From Actinomycetes bacterium (GTDB taxonomy: Bacteria > Actinomycetota > Acidimicrobiia > Acidimicrobiales > RAAP-2), in assembly GCA_021837305.1 (NCBI GenBank), contig JAKBGV010000001.1:51129-115128 (forward strand): a stretch of 64,000 nt of DNA, written 5' to 3'. Every line of letters starts with the position of its first letter. Position 1 is the stretch's first letter. This document shows positions 47,197 to 59,293 of this stretch, piece after piece. The position numbers and the translations under genes were made by a program. The notes under the pieces were generated by a model. It made no database searches, was not told the DNA's origin, and saw nothing but the letters and a program-made list of their open reading frames with translations.

Positions 47197-48176
47197 TTAC
47201 GACCATACGGGGTCACAACCTGTTGTCACTCCACGACGTGAGCCGCGACGCACTCGTGGAGGTGCTCGACACGGCCGAGTCGTTCGTCGAAGTCCACCGG
47301 CGCACGGTGAAGAAGGTCCCCGCCCTGAAAGGACGGGTGGTCGCGTCACTGTTCTTTGAGGAGTCGACCCGCACGCGACTCAGTTTCGAGACAGCGGCGA
47401 AACGGTTGAGTGCCGACGTGTTGTCCCTCGCGGTTGCCTCGAGCAGCGTGAAGAAGGGCGAGTCGCTTCGAGACACGATCGCGACGATCGACGCGCTCGG
47501 ACTTGATGCGGTCGTGCTTCGTCACCGCTCGAGTGGGGCAGCTGAACAGGTGAGTCGATACGTGCCCCACGTACGGGTGATCAACGCGGGAGACGGACTG
47601 CACCAGCACCCCACGCAAGGTCTCTTGGACGCCTTCACGATCCGCCAGGTCCTCGCCGAACGACGTGGCGTCGTCCCGTCGGAAACGGGCGCGACGTTAT
47701 TCGACGGTCTCCACGTGTTGATCGTCGGCGACATCCTGCACAGTCGGGTCGCGCGGAGCGACGTCGACGCCTACGTCACCCTGGGGGCGAACGTGCGCGT
47801 CGCCGCACCGGGGACGCTGTTGCCGGTGGACATAGGGACGTGGCCGGTGGAAGTGGTCAATGACTTCGACGAGGCGCTTGAATGGGCTGACGTCATCGGG
47901 TTGCTGCGGCTCCAGAACGAGCGGGGCACCGGCTCCTTCGTGCCTAGCCTGCACGAGTTCACAACGACGTTCGGACTCACGGCGGCGCGGGCGCGTCGGC
48001 TGCGACCCGAGACCTTGCTCATGCACCCCGGGCCGATCAACCGGGGAGTCGAGCTTGACTCCGTCGTCGCCGATCTACCTGCCGCGATCATTGAACGCCA
48101 GGTCAGCAACGGTGTACCCATCCGGATGGCGGTGCTGTACCTCACCGTCGCCGGCGTGACTTCGGAGGTGGCCTGA
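47193..48176 (+). CDS. pyrB: Aspartate carbamoyltransferase
   Basis: FFEESTRTRLSFE, HQHPTQGLLD, HPGPINRG. Confidence 0.97.
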   Translation: MITTIRGHNLLSLHDVSRDALVEVLDTAESFVEVHRRTVKKVPALKGRVVASLFFEESTRTRLSFETAAKRLSADVLSLAVASSSVKKGESLRDTIATIDALGLDAVVLRHRSSGAAEQVSRYVPHVRVINAGDGLHQHPTQGLLDAFTIRQVLAERRGVVPSETGATLFDGLHVLIVGDILHSRVARSDVDAYVTLGANVRVAAPGTLLPVDIGTWPVEVVNDFDEALEWADVIGLLRLQNERGTGSFVPSLHEFTTTFGLTAARARRLRPETLLMHPGPINRGVELDSVVADLPAAIIERQVSNGVPIRMAVLYLTVAGVTSEVA

Positions 48177-49489
48177 TGGCAGCGGTCGTCGTTCGCAACG
48201 GACTGGTCGTGGGCCCCGAGTCGGCGGCCGTGGCCGACGTGCTCGTGGTCGATGGCGTGATCGCGGCGGTTGGGGCGTCACTCGACGCGCCGACGGGAGC
48301 GCGCGAAGTGGACGCGACGGGTTGTTGGGTGGGACCGGGCCTGGTCGACCTGCACACCCACTTGCGTGAACCAGGAGGCGAGTCGGCCGAGACGATCGAA
48401 AGCGGCGCTCGCGCCGCCGCGATCGGTGGTTTCACCGCCGTGGTCGCCATGCCCAACACCGAACCGGCCCTCGACAACGTGGCGCTGGTCACCTACGTCT
48501 TGGACCAGGGGTCGCGCGCGTTGGTGGACGTCGCCGTAGCCGGGGCCATCACCCAGGGACGCCAGGGTGAACGGCTCGCCCCGATGGCGGAGCTCGCAGC
48601 ACTCGGTGTGCGGCTCTTCAGTGACGACGGCACCGGCGTCCAGGACGCGGCGGTGATGCGCCGGGCGCTCAGCTACGCCCGCCCCCTCGGCATCCGTCTT
48701 GCTCAGCACTGCGAGGACACGAACCTGGCCGCCGGCGGATCGATGAACGAGGGGGCGTTGAGCAGTCGCTTGGGTCTGGTGGGTCGTCCGGCGGCGGCCG
48801 AGGAGATCATGGTCGCGCGCGATATCCACCTCGTGCGACTCACGGGCGCGCCCTTGCACTTCTTGCATCTGTCGACGGCGCGGTCGTTAGCCGCCGTCGG
48901 TGCCGCGCGAGACGAGGGGCTGCCAGTGACCGCTGAAGTCGCGCCCCACCACTTCACGCTCGATGAGTCGGCGTGCGAGAACTACGACGCCCACTTCAAG
49001 GTGAACCCGCCACTGCGATCGCGTGACGACGTCGGTGCGGTGCGCGCGTCGCTCGTGAACGGCTTGGCCGATGCGGTCGCGACCGACCACGCGCCACACG
49101 CGGCGGAGTTGAAGGATCTGCCCTTTGACGAGGCGCCGGCCGGGATGCTCGGCCTCGAGCACGCGGCGTCACTGACCTTCGAGGCGCTCGGGTCCTCGGG
49201 AGCCGACCCGATCCGGTTCTTCGCGCTCCTTAGTCGCGGGCCCGCACGGATCGCGTCGTTGCGACACGGGGACGCACGCGTGCGCCACAGTGGCCACGGC
49301 GGAGCGGTCGTCGCGGGTGAGGACGCGAACCTGGTGGTGTTCGACCCCAGTGCGCGGTGGCGGGCGAGTCGGGACCGGCTCCAGAGCCTGGCCTACAACA
49401 CGCCCTACCACGGCCGAGAGCTCGAGGGACGAGTGCGGACGACGATCGTGCGCGGCGCAGTCGTGGTGGACGAGGGGGTCCTGGCGTGA
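48176..49489 (+). CDS. pyrC: Dihydroorotase
   Basis: DLHTHLREPG, MPNT.P, KVNPPLR, ATDHAPH. Confidence 0.97.
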   Translation: MAAVVVRNGLVVGPESAAVADVLVVDGVIAAVGASLDAPTGAREVDATGCWVGPGLVDLHTHLREPGGESAETIESGARAAAIGGFTAVVAMPNTEPALDNVALVTYVLDQGSRALVDVAVAGAITQGRQGERLAPMAELAALGVRLFSDDGTGVQDAAVMRRALSYARPLGIRLAQHCEDTNLAAGGSMNEGALSSRLGLVGRPAAAEEIMVARDIHLVRLTGAPLHFLHLSTARSLAAVGAARDEGLPVTAEVAPHHFTLDESACENYDAHFKVNPPLRSRDDVGAVRASLVNGLADAVATDHAPHAAELKDLPFDEAPAGMLGLEHAASLTFEALGSSGADPIRFFALLSRGPARIASLRHGDARVRHSGHGGAVVAGEDANLVVFDPSARWRASRDRLQSLAYNTPYHGRELEGRVRTTIVRGAVVVDEGVLA

Positions 49490-50586
49490 CGCGAACGCAA
49501 TCGGTGTTGGTCCTCGCCGACGGTGCCGTCTTCGAAGGCTACGCCGCCGGCTACCTCCCCGACGACGGGGTCACGACCGGCGAGTTCGTCTTCAACACCG
49601 CACTCAGCGGGTATCAGGAGGTGATCACGGACCCGAGCTACGCCGGCCAGGTCATTACGTTCACCTACCCCCACATCGGCAACTACGGCGTGACCCCACT
49701 GGACGACGAGGCGGTACGACCGTGGTGCCGTGGTGTGGTCGTGCGCGACCTCTCGGCGCGCCCCTCGAGCTGGCGGGCTGAGCGCGCCCTCGAACCCTTC
49801 CTGGTGGAGCGACGGGTGCCCGCAATCGTCGGGGTGGATACCCGACGGCTCACGCGTCACCTGCGCGCCCACGGCGCCCTACCGGGTGCCTTCGGCCACG
49901 CGGGCACCAACGCCGTCGCCGCGGCCGCGGCGACGGCCAAGGGCACCGACGGGATGGACTACGTCTCACTCGTGTCGACACCCGCGGCCTACGAGCGGGG
50001 CTCGGGGCAGCGCCACGTGGTGGCGGTCGACTACGGCATCAAGACGACGATGGTCGACCAGCTCGCCCAGCGGTTCCGCGTGACGGTGGTACCGGCTACG
50101 ACCTCCGCCGATGAGATTCGAGCACTCGGACCCGATGGCGTCTTCCTCTCCAACGGCCCGGGCGACCCGGCCGCCCTGGGCCAGTACGTACGCGAGATCG
50201 AGTACCTGGTCGGAGAGGTCCCGATCTTCGGGATCTGCCTCGGCCACCAGCTCCTCGCAACGGCACTCGGGGGCACGACGTACAAGTTGCCCTTTGGACA
50301 CCACGGCAGCAATCACCCGGTCCAGGACCTCGCGACGGGACGGATTGAGGTGACCGCTCAGAACCACAACTACGCCGTGGACCCGGACTCACTCAGTGCG
50401 GTCGTGAGCCACCGAAACCTGAACGATGGCGTGGTCGAGGGGCTCGTCGCGCCGGCGCTGCGGTGCTTCTCGGTGCAGTACCACCCCGAGGCCGGACCCG
50501 GGCCCCACGACGCGCGATATCTCTTCGAACGATTCGAGTCGCTGCTACGCGGCGAAGACCTGAAGGCGGCCGATGCCACGACGTGA
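49486..50586 (+). CDS. carA: Carbamoyl-phosphate synthase small subunit
   Basis: [35 protein letters not shown]; GTG 49486 overlaps the pyrC stop. Confidence 0.97.
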   Translation: MTRTQSVLVLADGAVFEGYAAGYLPDDGVTTGEFVFNTALSGYQEVITDPSYAGQVITFTYPHIGNYGVTPLDDEAVRPWCRGVVVRDLSARPSSWRAERALEPFLVERRVPAIVGVDTRRLTRHLRAHGALPGAFGHAGTNAVAAAAATAKGTDGMDYVSLVSTPAAYERGSGQRHVVAVDYGIKTTMVDQLAQRFRVTVVPATTSADEIRALGPDGVFLSNGPGDPAALGQYVREIEYLVGEVPIFGICLGHQLLATALGGTTYKLPFGHHGSNHPVQDLATGRIEVTAQNHNYAVDPDSLSAVVSHRNLNDGVVEGLVAPALRCFSVQYHPEAGPGPHDARYLFERFESLLRGEDLKAADATT

Positions 50587-53500
50587 CGACATCCACACCA
50601 TCATGGTGATCGGCTCGGGGCCGATCGTGATTGGTCAGGCCTGCGAGTTCGACTATTCGGGCACCCAGGCATGCCAGGTGCTCCGTGATGAGGGGTACCG
50701 GGTGGTGCTGGTCAACTCCAACCCGGCCACGATCATGACTGACCCGAGCACCGCCGATGTGACCTACGTCGAACCGCTCGACCTCTCGGTGCTGACCGAG
50801 ATCATCGAGCGCGAGCGGCCCGACGCGTTGTTGCCGACTCTCGGGGGTCAGACGGCGCTCAACCTGACGATGGCCCTCGTGCGGGCCGGCGTGACCGAGC
50901 GTTTCGGCGTCGAGGTCATCGGCGCGCGCCCCGAGGCGATCGAGACGGCGGAGAACCGTGAGCTCTTCAAGGCGGCGATGGCCGACATCGGCCTCGGCGT
51001 GCCGGAGTCAGGTTTCGCCCACAACGTGGCCGAGGCCATCGAAATCGCCGAGCGGATCGGGTGGCCGATCATCGTTCGACCGAGCTACATCCTGGGGGGT
51101 GCTGGAACGGGAATCGCGCACAACGCACAGGACTTCGCGCGCCTCGCCACCGAGGGGATCGCCGCGTCGCCCGTCGGCGAGATCCTGGTGGAGCGCTCCA
51201 TCGCCGGATGGAAGGAGTACGAGCTCGAGGTCATGCGCGACCGCCACGACAACTGCGTCATCGTGTGCAGCATCGAGAATGTCGACCCCATGGGCGTGCA
51301 CACGGGTGACTCGGTCACCGTCGCGCCCGCCCAGACGCTCTCGGACGTGGAATACCAGGCCATGCGCGATGACGCCTTCGCCGTGCTCCGTCGCGTCGGG
51401 GTCGAGACCGGTGGTTCCAATGTGCAGTTCGCCGTGAATCCCAGCACCGGCGAGCGACTGGTCATCGAGATGAACCCGCGGGTCAGCCGGTCGAGCGCCC
51501 TCGCGTCCAAGGCGACGGGATTCCCGATCGCGAAGATCGCCGCGCGTCTCGCGGTCGGTTACGCGCTCAACGAGATTCTCAACGACATCACGCGGTCGAC
51601 GCCGGCGAGCTTCGAACCCGTGATCGACTACGTGGTCACGAAGATCCCGCGTTGGGCCTTCGAGAAGTTGCCGGGGACGTCGTCGGTATTGGGTACGCGT
51701 ATGCAGTCCGTCGGTGAGGTCATGGCGATTGGACGCAACTTCGCCGAATCGCTGCAGAAGGCCATCCGCTCGCTCGAACAGGGACGGCCAGGCTTCGCGC
51801 CGGGACCCAACCGCGAGTTCGCCGATCTGGACGATGACACGCTCTGGCATCGTTGCGTGGTCGCGACCCCGGAGCGGCTCTACGCGCTCCACGAGATGCT
51901 GTGGCGCGGCGCCTCGGTCGAGGAGATCGCGGCGCGCACGGGTATCGACGTGTGGTTCATCGACCAGATGGCCGAGATCGTGATACGGGAACGTGAACTG
52001 CGCGACGCCGACGTGGTCAACTTCGACGCTCGCACGTGGCGCCGGTACCGACAGTGGGGGTTCACCGATTCCCAGGTGGCTGCGATCAGCGGGACCAGTG
52101 TCGAGCTCGTGCGCGCCGCGCGCACCGCGCTCGCCCCGGTCACGTTCAAGACGGTGGACACCTGCGCCGCCGAGTTTGACGCGGCGACGCCCTACCACTA
52201 CGGGACCACGGAGGACGAGTCAGAGGTCCGTTCATCCAACAAGGATCGCGTGATCATCCTGGGTTCGGGGCCGAACCGGATCGGCCAAGGTATCGAGTTT
52301 GATTACTGCTGTGTGCACGCCTCGTACGTACTACGTGACATGGGCTACGAGTCGGTGATGGTGAACTGCAACCCCGAGACGGTGTCGACGGACTACTCGA
52401 CATCCGACCGCCTGTACTTCGAACCGCTTACCCCCGAAGACGTCGCCGAGGTCGTGGCCGCGGAGCAAGCGGCGTGCGTCGATGGGGCGCGTGTCGTGGG
52501 AGTGATCGTCTCGCTCGGTGGGCAGACCCCTCTCAAACTGGCTCATACGTTGGGCCCCGAACTCGTGCTCGGAACCCCGGTGAGTGCAATCGACGCGGCC
52601 GAAGACCGCGAGCATTGGTCGACCATTTGTAACGATCTCGGACTGCGCCAACCGCCCGGTGATGTCGCCGTCACGCTCGACGAGGCGATCGAAGTCGCCG
52701 AGCGCATCGGTTACCCGGTGCTGGTGCGACCGAGTTACGTACTCGGTGGACGAGCCATGGAAATCGTCTACAACGAGCAGTCGCTGCGGCGCGTCATGAA
52801 CAACCTCACCGGAGCGCACGGGGCGCTCGCGCGAGAGGGAGGCGTGAGCGCGACAAGGCCCATCCTGCTCGACCGGTTCCTCGAGGACGCGGTCGAGGTT
52901 GACGTTGACGCGATTCGAGACCAGTCCGGTGACACCTACGTCGCGGGGATCATGGAGCACGTTGAGGAGGCGGGGGTCCACTCCGGCGATTCGGCGTGCG
53001 CGCTACCGCCCCAGACGCTGTCCCAGTCGGTGATTGCGACGCTGCACGACTACACGAGACGTATCGCCGACGCGCTGGGCGTGGTCGGACTCGTCAACGT
53101 CCAGTACGCGGTCAAGAACGACGAAGTCTTCGTGTTAGAGGCCAATCCGCGAGCGAGTCGCACTGTTCCCTTTGTCGCGAAGGCGACGGGCGTGCCCCTG
53201 GCCCAGATTGCCGTACGGGTGATGCTCGGCCAGACGCTCGCGTCCCTGCGCGACGCCGGCGTCGTCCCGGCGACGACGCCCAATCCGGACTACGTGAGCG
53301 TCAAGGAAGCGGTCCTGCCGTTCAACCGGTTCCCAGACGTCGACACGATCCTCGGTCCCGAGATGCGTTCCACGGGCGAGGTGATGGGTATCGGCGAGAG
53401 CTTCGGGATCGCCTTTGCGAAATCACAACTCGCGGCGGGGACCGGCCTACCCGACTCTGGACAGGTCTTCCTCTCGCTCGCTGACCGAGACAAGGTGGGC

Positions 53501-53860
53501 GGCCTCGCCATAGCCCGTCAGTTGCTCGACCTCGGCTTCACAATCGCCGCGACGGTCGGTACGGCGGGCTACCTGCGCTCCAACGGGCTCACGGTGACGA
53601 CGCTCGTGGGCAAGGTCGGCCTCGCCGACCTGGGAGCGGACGCCGTGACACTGATCGCCGACGGTGCCGTGCAACTCGTGGTCAACACACCCTCGGGTGG
53701 GGACGCGATGGTCGATGGCGCCCAAATCCGCCACGCCTGCATCACCCACGGTGTTCCGTGCCTCACCACGCTCAACGCGGGGCTCGCGGCGGCACGGGGG
53801 ATCGCCGACACCCGGACCCACGGCTGGCGCGTGCGTTCACTGCAGGAACTCCACGGATGA
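50573..53860 (+). CDS. carB: Carbamoyl-phosphate synthase large subunit
   Basis: [17 protein letters not shown], two ATP-grasp domains, MGS domain. Confidence 0.98.
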   Translation: MPRRDDIHTIMVIGSGPIVIGQACEFDYSGTQACQVLRDEGYRVVLVNSNPATIMTDPSTADVTYVEPLDLSVLTEIIERERPDALLPTLGGQTALNLTMALVRAGVTERFGVEVIGARPEAIETAENRELFKAAMADIGLGVPESGFAHNVAEAIEIAERIGWPIIVRPSYILGGAGTGIAHNAQDFARLATEGIAASPVGEILVERSIAGWKEYELEVMRDRHDNCVIVCSIENVDPMGVHTGDSVTVAPAQTLSDVEYQAMRDDAFAVLRRVGVETGGSNVQFAVNPSTGERLVIEMNPRVSRSSALASKATGFPIAKIAARLAVGYALNEILNDITRSTPASFEPVIDYVVTKIPRWAFEKLPGTSSVLGTRMQSVGEVMAIGRNFAESLQKAIRSLEQGRPGFAPGPNREFADLDDDTLWHRCVVATPERLYALHEMLWRGASVEEIAARTGIDVWFIDQMAEIVIRERELRDADVVNFDARTWRRYRQWGFTDSQVAAISGTSVELVRAARTALAPVTFKTVDTCAAEFDAATPYHYGTTEDESEVRSSNKDRVIILGSGPNRIGQGIEFDYCCVHASYVLRDMGYESVMVNCNPETVSTDYSTSDRLYFEPLTPEDVAEVVAAEQAACVDGARVVGVIVSLGGQTPLKLAHTLGPELVLGTPVSAIDAAEDREHWSTICNDLGLRQPPGDVAVTLDEAIEVAERIGYPVLVRPSYVLGGRAMEIVYNEQSLRRVMNNLTGAHGALAREGGVSATRPILLDRFLEDAVEVDVDAIRDQSGDTYVAGIMEHVEEAGVHSGDSACALPPQTLSQSVIATLHDYTRRIADALGVVGLVNVQYAVKNDEVFVLEANPRASRTVPFVAKATGVPLAQIAVRVMLGQTLASLRDAGVVPATTPNPDYVSVKEAVLPFNRFPDVDTILGPEMRSTGEVMGIGESFGIAFAKSQLAAGTGLPDSGQVFLSLADRDKVGGLAIARQLLDLGFTIAATVGTAGYLRSNGLTVTTLVGKVGLADLGADAVTLIADGAVQLVVNTPSGGDAMVDGAQIRHACITHGVPCLTTLNAGLAAARGIADTRTHGWRVRSLQELHG

Positions 53861-54771
53861 GCGAGGTCTCGCTCACGACGTCGGTGGGGTCTGTGTCCTT
53901 GCGCTCACCGATCCTCACCGCGGCGGGAACTGCGGGATTCGGCGTCGAGCTCGGGGGGTACGGCGATCTCAGCCAGCTCGGTGCATTGGTCACCAAATCC
54001 CTGGCCGCCTTCGCCTGGCCGGGTAACCCTGCACCGCGAGTGACGGCCGTCGACGAACACCTGGTCAATTCCGTGGGACTGGCCGGTCCCGGCGTCGACG
54101 CGTGGCGGCGCGACCACGAGCCAGCCCTCGTCGCCGCGGGCGCGACGATCGTGACCTCGATCTGGGGGCGTAGTGCCCAGGAGTTCGCCGATGCGGCCGA
54201 TGCCCTCGCCGGGTCGTCCTCGGTGGCCCTCGAGGTGAACGCGAGCTGTCCAAACCTCGAAGACCGGTCCACCATGTTCGCTCATTCGCCCGAGGCGACC
54301 GCCGCGATCGTGCGCGCCACGGTCCGCGCGAACCGTCCGGTGTGGGTCAAGTTGAGTCCCAACACGCCCGACCTCGTCGCGATCGCCGCCGCGGCGGTAG
54401 ACGCGGGCGCCGAGGCCCTGGTCCTGGTCAACACTCTGCTCGGTCTCGCGATCGACCTTGAAAGACGTCGACCGGTCCTCGGTGGGGTCGGCGGCGGGGT
54501 GAGCGGGCCGGGGATCCACCCGGTCGCCCTACGCGCGGTCTTCGACTGTCGTCGCGCGTTACCGGACGTGCCGATCGTGGGCGTGGGTGGCGTGCGCCGG
54601 GGGGAGGACGCGATCGCGCTCATGATGGCCGGTGCTAACGCCGTCGAGGTCGGCACGGCGATCTTCGCTTCACCGCGCGCGCCGTGGCGCATCCAGCGCG
54701 AGGTCCAACGGTGGTTATCCTCCCACGGTGTGCGATCAGTGCACGAGATCATTGGAGTAGCCCATGGCTGA
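53857..54771 (+). CDS. pyrD: Dihydroorotate dehydrogenase, family 1
   Basis: [30 protein letters not shown]; ATG 53857. Confidence 0.95.
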   Translation: MSEVSLTTSVGSVSLRSPILTAAGTAGFGVELGGYGDLSQLGALVTKSLAAFAWPGNPAPRVTAVDEHLVNSVGLAGPGVDAWRRDHEPALVAAGATIVTSIWGRSAQEFADAADALAGSSSVALEVNASCPNLEDRSTMFAHSPEATAAIVRATVRANRPVWVKLSPNTPDLVAIAAAAVDAGAEALVLVNTLLGLAIDLERRRPVLGGVGGGVSGPGIHPVALRAVFDCRRALPDVPIVGVGGVRRGEDAIALMMAGANAVEVGTAIFASPRAPWRIQREVQRWLSSHGVRSVHEIIGVAHG

Positions 54772-55600
54772 ATCATTCGGCGCACGACTGCGTACCCTGA
54801 TCGAGGACCGCGGCGCGCTGTGCGTCGGCGTCGACCCGAGTACGGCGGTGATCGAGCAATGGGGCCGGCACGACGACCCAGAGGGTCTCGAGTTCGTGGC
54901 GCTCTCTACGGTGGAGGCCGCGATCGGCACCGCGGTCGCGATCAAACCCCAGGTGGCGTTCTTCGAACGCTTTGGATCGGCGGGTTACCGGATCTTGGAG
55001 CGGGTCATTCGCGAGGCAGGCGACGCGTCGTTGCTCGTGGTCGCCGACGCCAAACGCGGGGACATCGGCTCATCGGTCGAGGGTTACGCCCAAGCCTGGC
55101 TCACCGACCGGTCACCGCTCGCGGTGGACGCACTCACCGCGAACCCCTTTCTCGGCGTTGGCGCGTTGGGGCCCCTCGTGGAGGCCGCCCTGGCCACGGG
55201 TCGAGGACTCTTCGTACTTGCGGCCACGTCGAATCCCGAAGGGCGCGCCATCCAGACGGCGATCGTCGACGGCGAGCGAAGTGTCGAGGTCGCGGTGCTC
55301 GAGGCGATTGGCGAACTGAACGCCGAGGCCGACGGGTTTGGCTCGGTTGGCGCCGTCATCGGCGCGACCCGGGAGCCACCGGCTTTTGACTTGGCTCGGC
55401 TGGGTGGACCGATCCTGGTGCCCGGTGTGGGGGCCCAGGGGGCAACCGTGGAACGCGTTAGCCGACTGTTCGGCGAGGTGCCTCGTTCATCGGTCCTGGT
55501 CAACGTCGGTAGGGCAATTCTGGGGCGTGGTCCGGACCGCCGAGCGGTCTACGACGCCGCCCGGAGGTGGCGTGACGAAATATCTAGTGCGTTGCCCTAG
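54764..55600 (+). CDS. pyrF: Orotidine-5'-phosphate decarboxylase
   Basis: LCVGVDP, KPQVAFFE, DAKRGDIGS, LVPGVGAQG. Confidence 0.96.
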   Translation: MAESFGARLRTLIEDRGALCVGVDPSTAVIEQWGRHDDPEGLEFVALSTVEAAIGTAVAIKPQVAFFERFGSAGYRILERVIREAGDASLLVVADAKRGDIGSSVEGYAQAWLTDRSPLAVDALTANPFLGVGALGPLVEAALATGRGLFVLAATSNPEGRAIQTAIVDGERSVEVAVLEAIGELNAEADGFGSVGAVIGATREPPAFDLARLGGPILVPGVGAQGATVERVSRLFGEVPRSSVLVNVGRAILGRGPDRRAVYDAARRWRDEISSALP

Positions 55601-55642
55601 TTCTGGAGTGCATTTGTGCTCGTCACGATGTATTCTGGGCGC

Positions 55643-55963
55643 GTGACACCGACACCGCCCACATTGTCCCAGGAGCAGCGGGTGCAAGCCTCGCGCCTGG
55701 CCGTGGCGAACCGTCGACGTCGCGCTGAGGTGAAGCGGCAGATTAAGTCGGGTGAACTTTCTTTAGAGGAGTTGTTCGAACTCGCTGATCGTGAGGAGTG
55801 CATCGCACAGATGCGTGCCTATGACTTGATCAGCGCGCTGCCGGCTATCGGCGACGTGAAGGCCGAGCGCATCATGCAGAAGGCGCAGATCGCCAAGACG
55901 CGACGGATCCGTGGTCTCGGCCCCAAGCAACGCGCCGAACTGTTCCGAGCCCTTGTGCGCTGA
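55643..55963 (+). CDS. mihF: Actinobacterial integration host factor
   Basis: P.LS.EQR..A..A..RR.RAEVK..K.G, LP.IG.VKA..IM, RRIRGLG..QR..L. Confidence 0.92.
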   Translation: MTPTPPTLSQEQRVQASRLAVANRRRRAEVKRQIKSGELSLEELFELADREECIAQMRAYDLISALPAIGDVKAERIMQKAQIAKTRRIRGLGPKQRAELFRALVR

Positions 55964-56519
55964 GCCGCTGCTGGCGGTGCTGATTGGTCCCGGTGGTGTG
56001 GGCAAGGGGACGATTGCTCGTCGCCTCACCGAGAAAGACCCCCGATTGTGGCTGAGCCGGAGTTGGACGACGCGTGCCCAGCGCGAATCGGAAACGGGTG
56101 ACGAGTACGTCTTCGTGGACCGTGAGACGTTCGAACAAGCCATCGACGAGGGCCGGTTCCTCGAATGGGCGCAGTTCCACGGGAACCTCTACGGCACACC
56201 GGTGCCTACGGACACCGGTGGCGCGGACGTGCTGCTCGAGATCGAGGTGCAAGGCGCTGAACAGGTGCGTCGCCACTACGACGATGTCGTGATCTTCCTG
56301 ATCGTCCCGCCGTCGATGGATCAGCTCGAGGCCCGATTGCGTGGCCGAGGTGACACTGAGGATCACGTGCAACGGCGCCTGCACAGCACGGCCAACGAGA
56401 TGCGCATCGGTGAACGGCTCGCCACGCACGTGATCGTCAATGATGACGTAGAACGGGCCACGGGCGAAATCCTCTCTATACTGGAGACGCTTCGACGAGA
56501 CCGTCGTTCCCTCGCGTAA
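55953..56519 (+). CDS. gmk: Guanylate kinase (start uncertain)
   Basis: GPGGVGKGT, SWTTR, FLEWA...GNLYGTP, LEIEVQGA. Confidence 0.95.
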   Translation: MCAEPLLAVLIGPGGVGKGTIARRLTEKDPRLWLSRSWTTRAQRESETGDEYVFVDRETFEQAIDEGRFLEWAQFHGNLYGTPVPTDTGGADVLLEIEVQGAEQVRRHYDDVVIFLIVPPSMDQLEARLRGRGDTEDHVQRRLHSTANEMRIGERLATHVIVNDDVERATGEILSILETLRRDRRSLA

Positions 56520-56533
56520 AAAGGATTGAATCC

Positions 56534-56884
56534 ATGGCCGAGCGCCCTTCACTTGTCGACCCACCCATTGAAGCGTTGCTGGCCAAGGTCGGTGACTCCA
56601 AGTTCACCCTGGTCGCCGTCTCGGCGATTCGCGCGCGCGAGATCAACGACTACTACAACGGGCTCGGTTCGGGTCACGGCTCGATGATCCCGCCCCAGGT
56701 GACGTCGCTGTCCAATAAGTCGCTGTCACTGTCGCTCCAGGAACTCTACGAGGGCAAACTCGAATTCCACCGTCCGACGGCCGAGGAACTCGAGCAAGAG
56801 CGTCGCGACCGCGACGCGGCTCAGGCGCACCAGGACGAGGCCAACGACCTGGACGCCTTCACCGATGCCCTCCGCGACGCCTGA
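56534..56884 (+). CDS. rpoZ: RNA polymerase omega subunit
   Basis: PPIE.LL.K..SKFTLV...A.RAREINDYY; position after gmk. Confidence 0.93.
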   Translation: MAERPSLVDPPIEALLAKVGDSKFTLVAVSAIRAREINDYYNGLGSGHGSMIPPQVTSLSNKSLSLSLQELYEGKLEFHRPTAEELEQERRDRDAAQAHQDEANDLDAFTDALRDA

Positions 56885-58097
56885 TTCACCATCGCCTCGC
56901 GTCGTTCTCGGTGTCGCTGGCGGAATCGCGGCGTATAAGGCCGTCGAGGTGCTGCGACGTCTGCGCGACGCCGGTTACCACGTCGCACCGATCCTGACGC
57001 CTGACGCGACTCGCTTCGTAGGGCCGCTCACCTTCAGCGCGCTCGCGAGTGAACCGGCGAGAATTGGCCTATACGACGACCCGGAGTTGCCGATTCCGCA
57101 CACGACCCTCGGTCAGTCAGCCGACCTCATCGTGGTCGCGCCCGCGACGGCTCACCTGATCGCCCGCTTCGCCGCTGGCCTCGCCGACGACCTGCTCACC
57201 GCCACCCTGATGGCGAGCGCCTCGCCGGTCCTGCTGTGTCCCGCGATGCACACCGAGATGTGGGAACAGCCCGTGGTCCAAGAGAACCTGGCCACCTTGC
57301 GCCGCCGCGGCGTTCTCGTGCTCGAACCCGAACGCGGCCACCTGGCCGGTGGCGATGAAGGCGCGGGACGACTCGCTGACCCGGCGACAATCGTCACGTT
57401 GGTCGAGCGGATCATCAAGGGGTACCGTGGCCCGTTGACGGGCCGGCGTGTCCTGGTCACCGCGGGTGGGACCCGCGAGCCGATCGATCCGGTACGCGTG
57501 ATTACGAACCGGTCGTCGGGTCGCCAGGGCTACGCCATCGCCGAAGTCGCCGCACGGCTCGGGGCGGCGGTGACCCTCGTGACGACGACGGATCGGACGC
57601 TGGCCATTGACGTCGTGGGGCGTATCGAGGTGGTTGAAGTCGTGACCGCCGCCGAGATGCGTGAGCACGCGCTGACGCTCGCCAAGGAAATGGATGTCGT
57701 CGTGATGGCGGCCGCGGTCGCGGATTTCACAGTCGATCCGGCGCCGAACAAATTGAAGAAAGCGGCGGGCCCGCCCCAGTTGGCGTTGGTGGCGACCCCG
57801 GACATCCTGGTGGAGTTGGTCGCGAACCGACGCGACGGGCAGGTCATCGTCGGCTTCGCCGCCGAGTCCACGGACGTGCTCGCCAACGCCCAGGCGAAGT
57901 TCGAGCGCAAGGGCGTGGACGTCTTGGTCGTCAACGACGTCATGACTCCGGGCGCGGGGTTCGAGTCACCTACCAACGAGGTGCGTCTCTTACTGCGCGA
58001 CCACGAGCCGGTCGCGGTTTCGATGCGCACAAAAGAGGACGTTGCGCTGGAGGTCTTGACTAGGGTGGTTGCATTGTTACCGCAAGGAGACCAATGA
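56865..58097 (+). CDS. coaBC: Bifunctional PPC decarboxylase/synthetase
   Basis: [42 protein letters not shown]. Confidence 0.96.
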   Translation: MPSATPDSPSPRVVLGVAGGIAAYKAVEVLRRLRDAGYHVAPILTPDATRFVGPLTFSALASEPARIGLYDDPELPIPHTTLGQSADLIVVAPATAHLIARFAAGLADDLLTATLMASASPVLLCPAMHTEMWEQPVVQENLATLRRRGVLVLEPERGHLAGGDEGAGRLADPATIVTLVERIIKGYRGPLTGRRVLVTAGGTREPIDPVRVITNRSSGRQGYAIAEVAARLGAAVTLVTTTDRTLAIDVVGRIEVVEVVTAAEMREHALTLAKEMDVVVMAAAVADFTVDPAPNKLKKAAGPPQLALVATPDILVELVANRRDGQVIVGFAAESTDVLANAQAKFERKGVDVLVVNDVMTPGAGFESPTNEVRLLLRDHEPVAVSMRTKEDVALEVLTRVVALLPQGDQ

Positions 58098-59293
58098 GCG
58101 ATCGCACCCTCTTCACCTCGGAGTCGGTGACGGAAGGACATCCCGACAAGATCGCGGATCAGGTCTCCGACAGCGTGCTCGACGCCATCCTCACCCAAGA
58201 CCCGCACGCGCGAGTCGCGTGCGAGACCCTGCTCACGACGGGACTGTGCGTGGTAGCGGGCGAGATCACGACCACGGCGGTCGTGGACATCAACGCCATC
58301 GCGCGCAAAACGATCCTCGATATCGGCTACGACAACGGGAGCAAGGGCTTCGACGGACGCACCTGCGCGGTGCTCGTCTCATTGGACAAGCAGAGCCCCG
58401 ACATCGCCGGTGGCGTCGACGCGGCCCTCGAGTTGCGCAGCGGTTCGGGCGGCGAGGACCAGCTGAACGCGCTCGGCGCCGGTGACCAGGGCATGATGTT
58501 CGGCTACGCCTGTGACGACAACGATGACTTCATGCCGGTGCCGATCTGGTTGGCGCACCGGCTGTCCATGCGCTTGGCCCAGGTCCGTCGTTCGGGCCTC
58601 ATTCCGTACCTCGGCCCCGACGGTAAGACCCAAGTCACGATCGCGTTTGAGGACGGTCGACCGGTGGCGGTGGACACGGTCCTCGTCTCGACCCAGCACG
58701 AGGACGGCTACGACTCACAGACCACCATTCGCCACGACGTCCTCGAGCACGTCATCCGGCCGGTGCTGCCATCGAACCTCGACACCAGCTCCATGCGGGT
58801 CATCGTGAATCCGTCGGGCAAGTTCGTCCTGGGCGGTCCCCACGCCGATGCCGGGCTCACCGGACGCAAGATCATCGTGGACACCTACGGCGGCATGGCC
58901 CGTCACGGCGGCGGTGCCTTCTCGGGCAAGGACCCTTCCAAGGTCGACCGTTCGGCGGCCTATGCCGCGCGCTGGGTGGCCAAACACGTCGTCGCGGCGG
59001 GCGCGGCGCAACGCTGTGAGGTACAGGTGGCCTACGCCATCGGGGTGGCGCGTCCGGTCTCGGTGCTCGTGGAGACCTTCGGCACCGAGACCGTCGACCG
59101 GGCCAAGATCGCCAAGGCCGTAGACGCCATCTTCGACCTGCGACCGGCGGCGATCATCCGAGACCTCGACCTTCGTCGTCCGATCTACCAGCGCACCGCG
59201 GCGTACGGTCACTTCGGTCGCAGCGATCAGGGGTTCACGTGGGAGCAGACGCCGCGGGTCGACGACCTGCGCCGGGAGTTGTCGCTGAACTAG
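58094..59293 (+). CDS. metK: S-adenosylmethionine synthetase
   Basis: [28 protein letters not shown]. Confidence 0.98.
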   Translation: MSDRTLFTSESVTEGHPDKIADQVSDSVLDAILTQDPHARVACETLLTTGLCVVAGEITTTAVVDINAIARKTILDIGYDNGSKGFDGRTCAVLVSLDKQSPDIAGGVDAALELRSGSGGEDQLNALGAGDQGMMFGYACDDNDDFMPVPIWLAHRLSMRLAQVRRSGLIPYLGPDGKTQVTIAFEDGRPVAVDTVLVSTQHEDGYDSQTTIRHDVLEHVIRPVLPSNLDTSSMRVIVNPSGKFVLGGPHADAGLTGRKIIVDTYGGMARHGGGAFSGKDPSKVDRSAAYAARWVAKHVVAAGAAQRCEVQVAYAIGVARPVSVLVETFGTETVDRAKIAKAVDAIFDLRPAAIIRDLDLRRPIYQRTAAYGHFGRSDQGFTWEQTPRVDDLRRELSLN

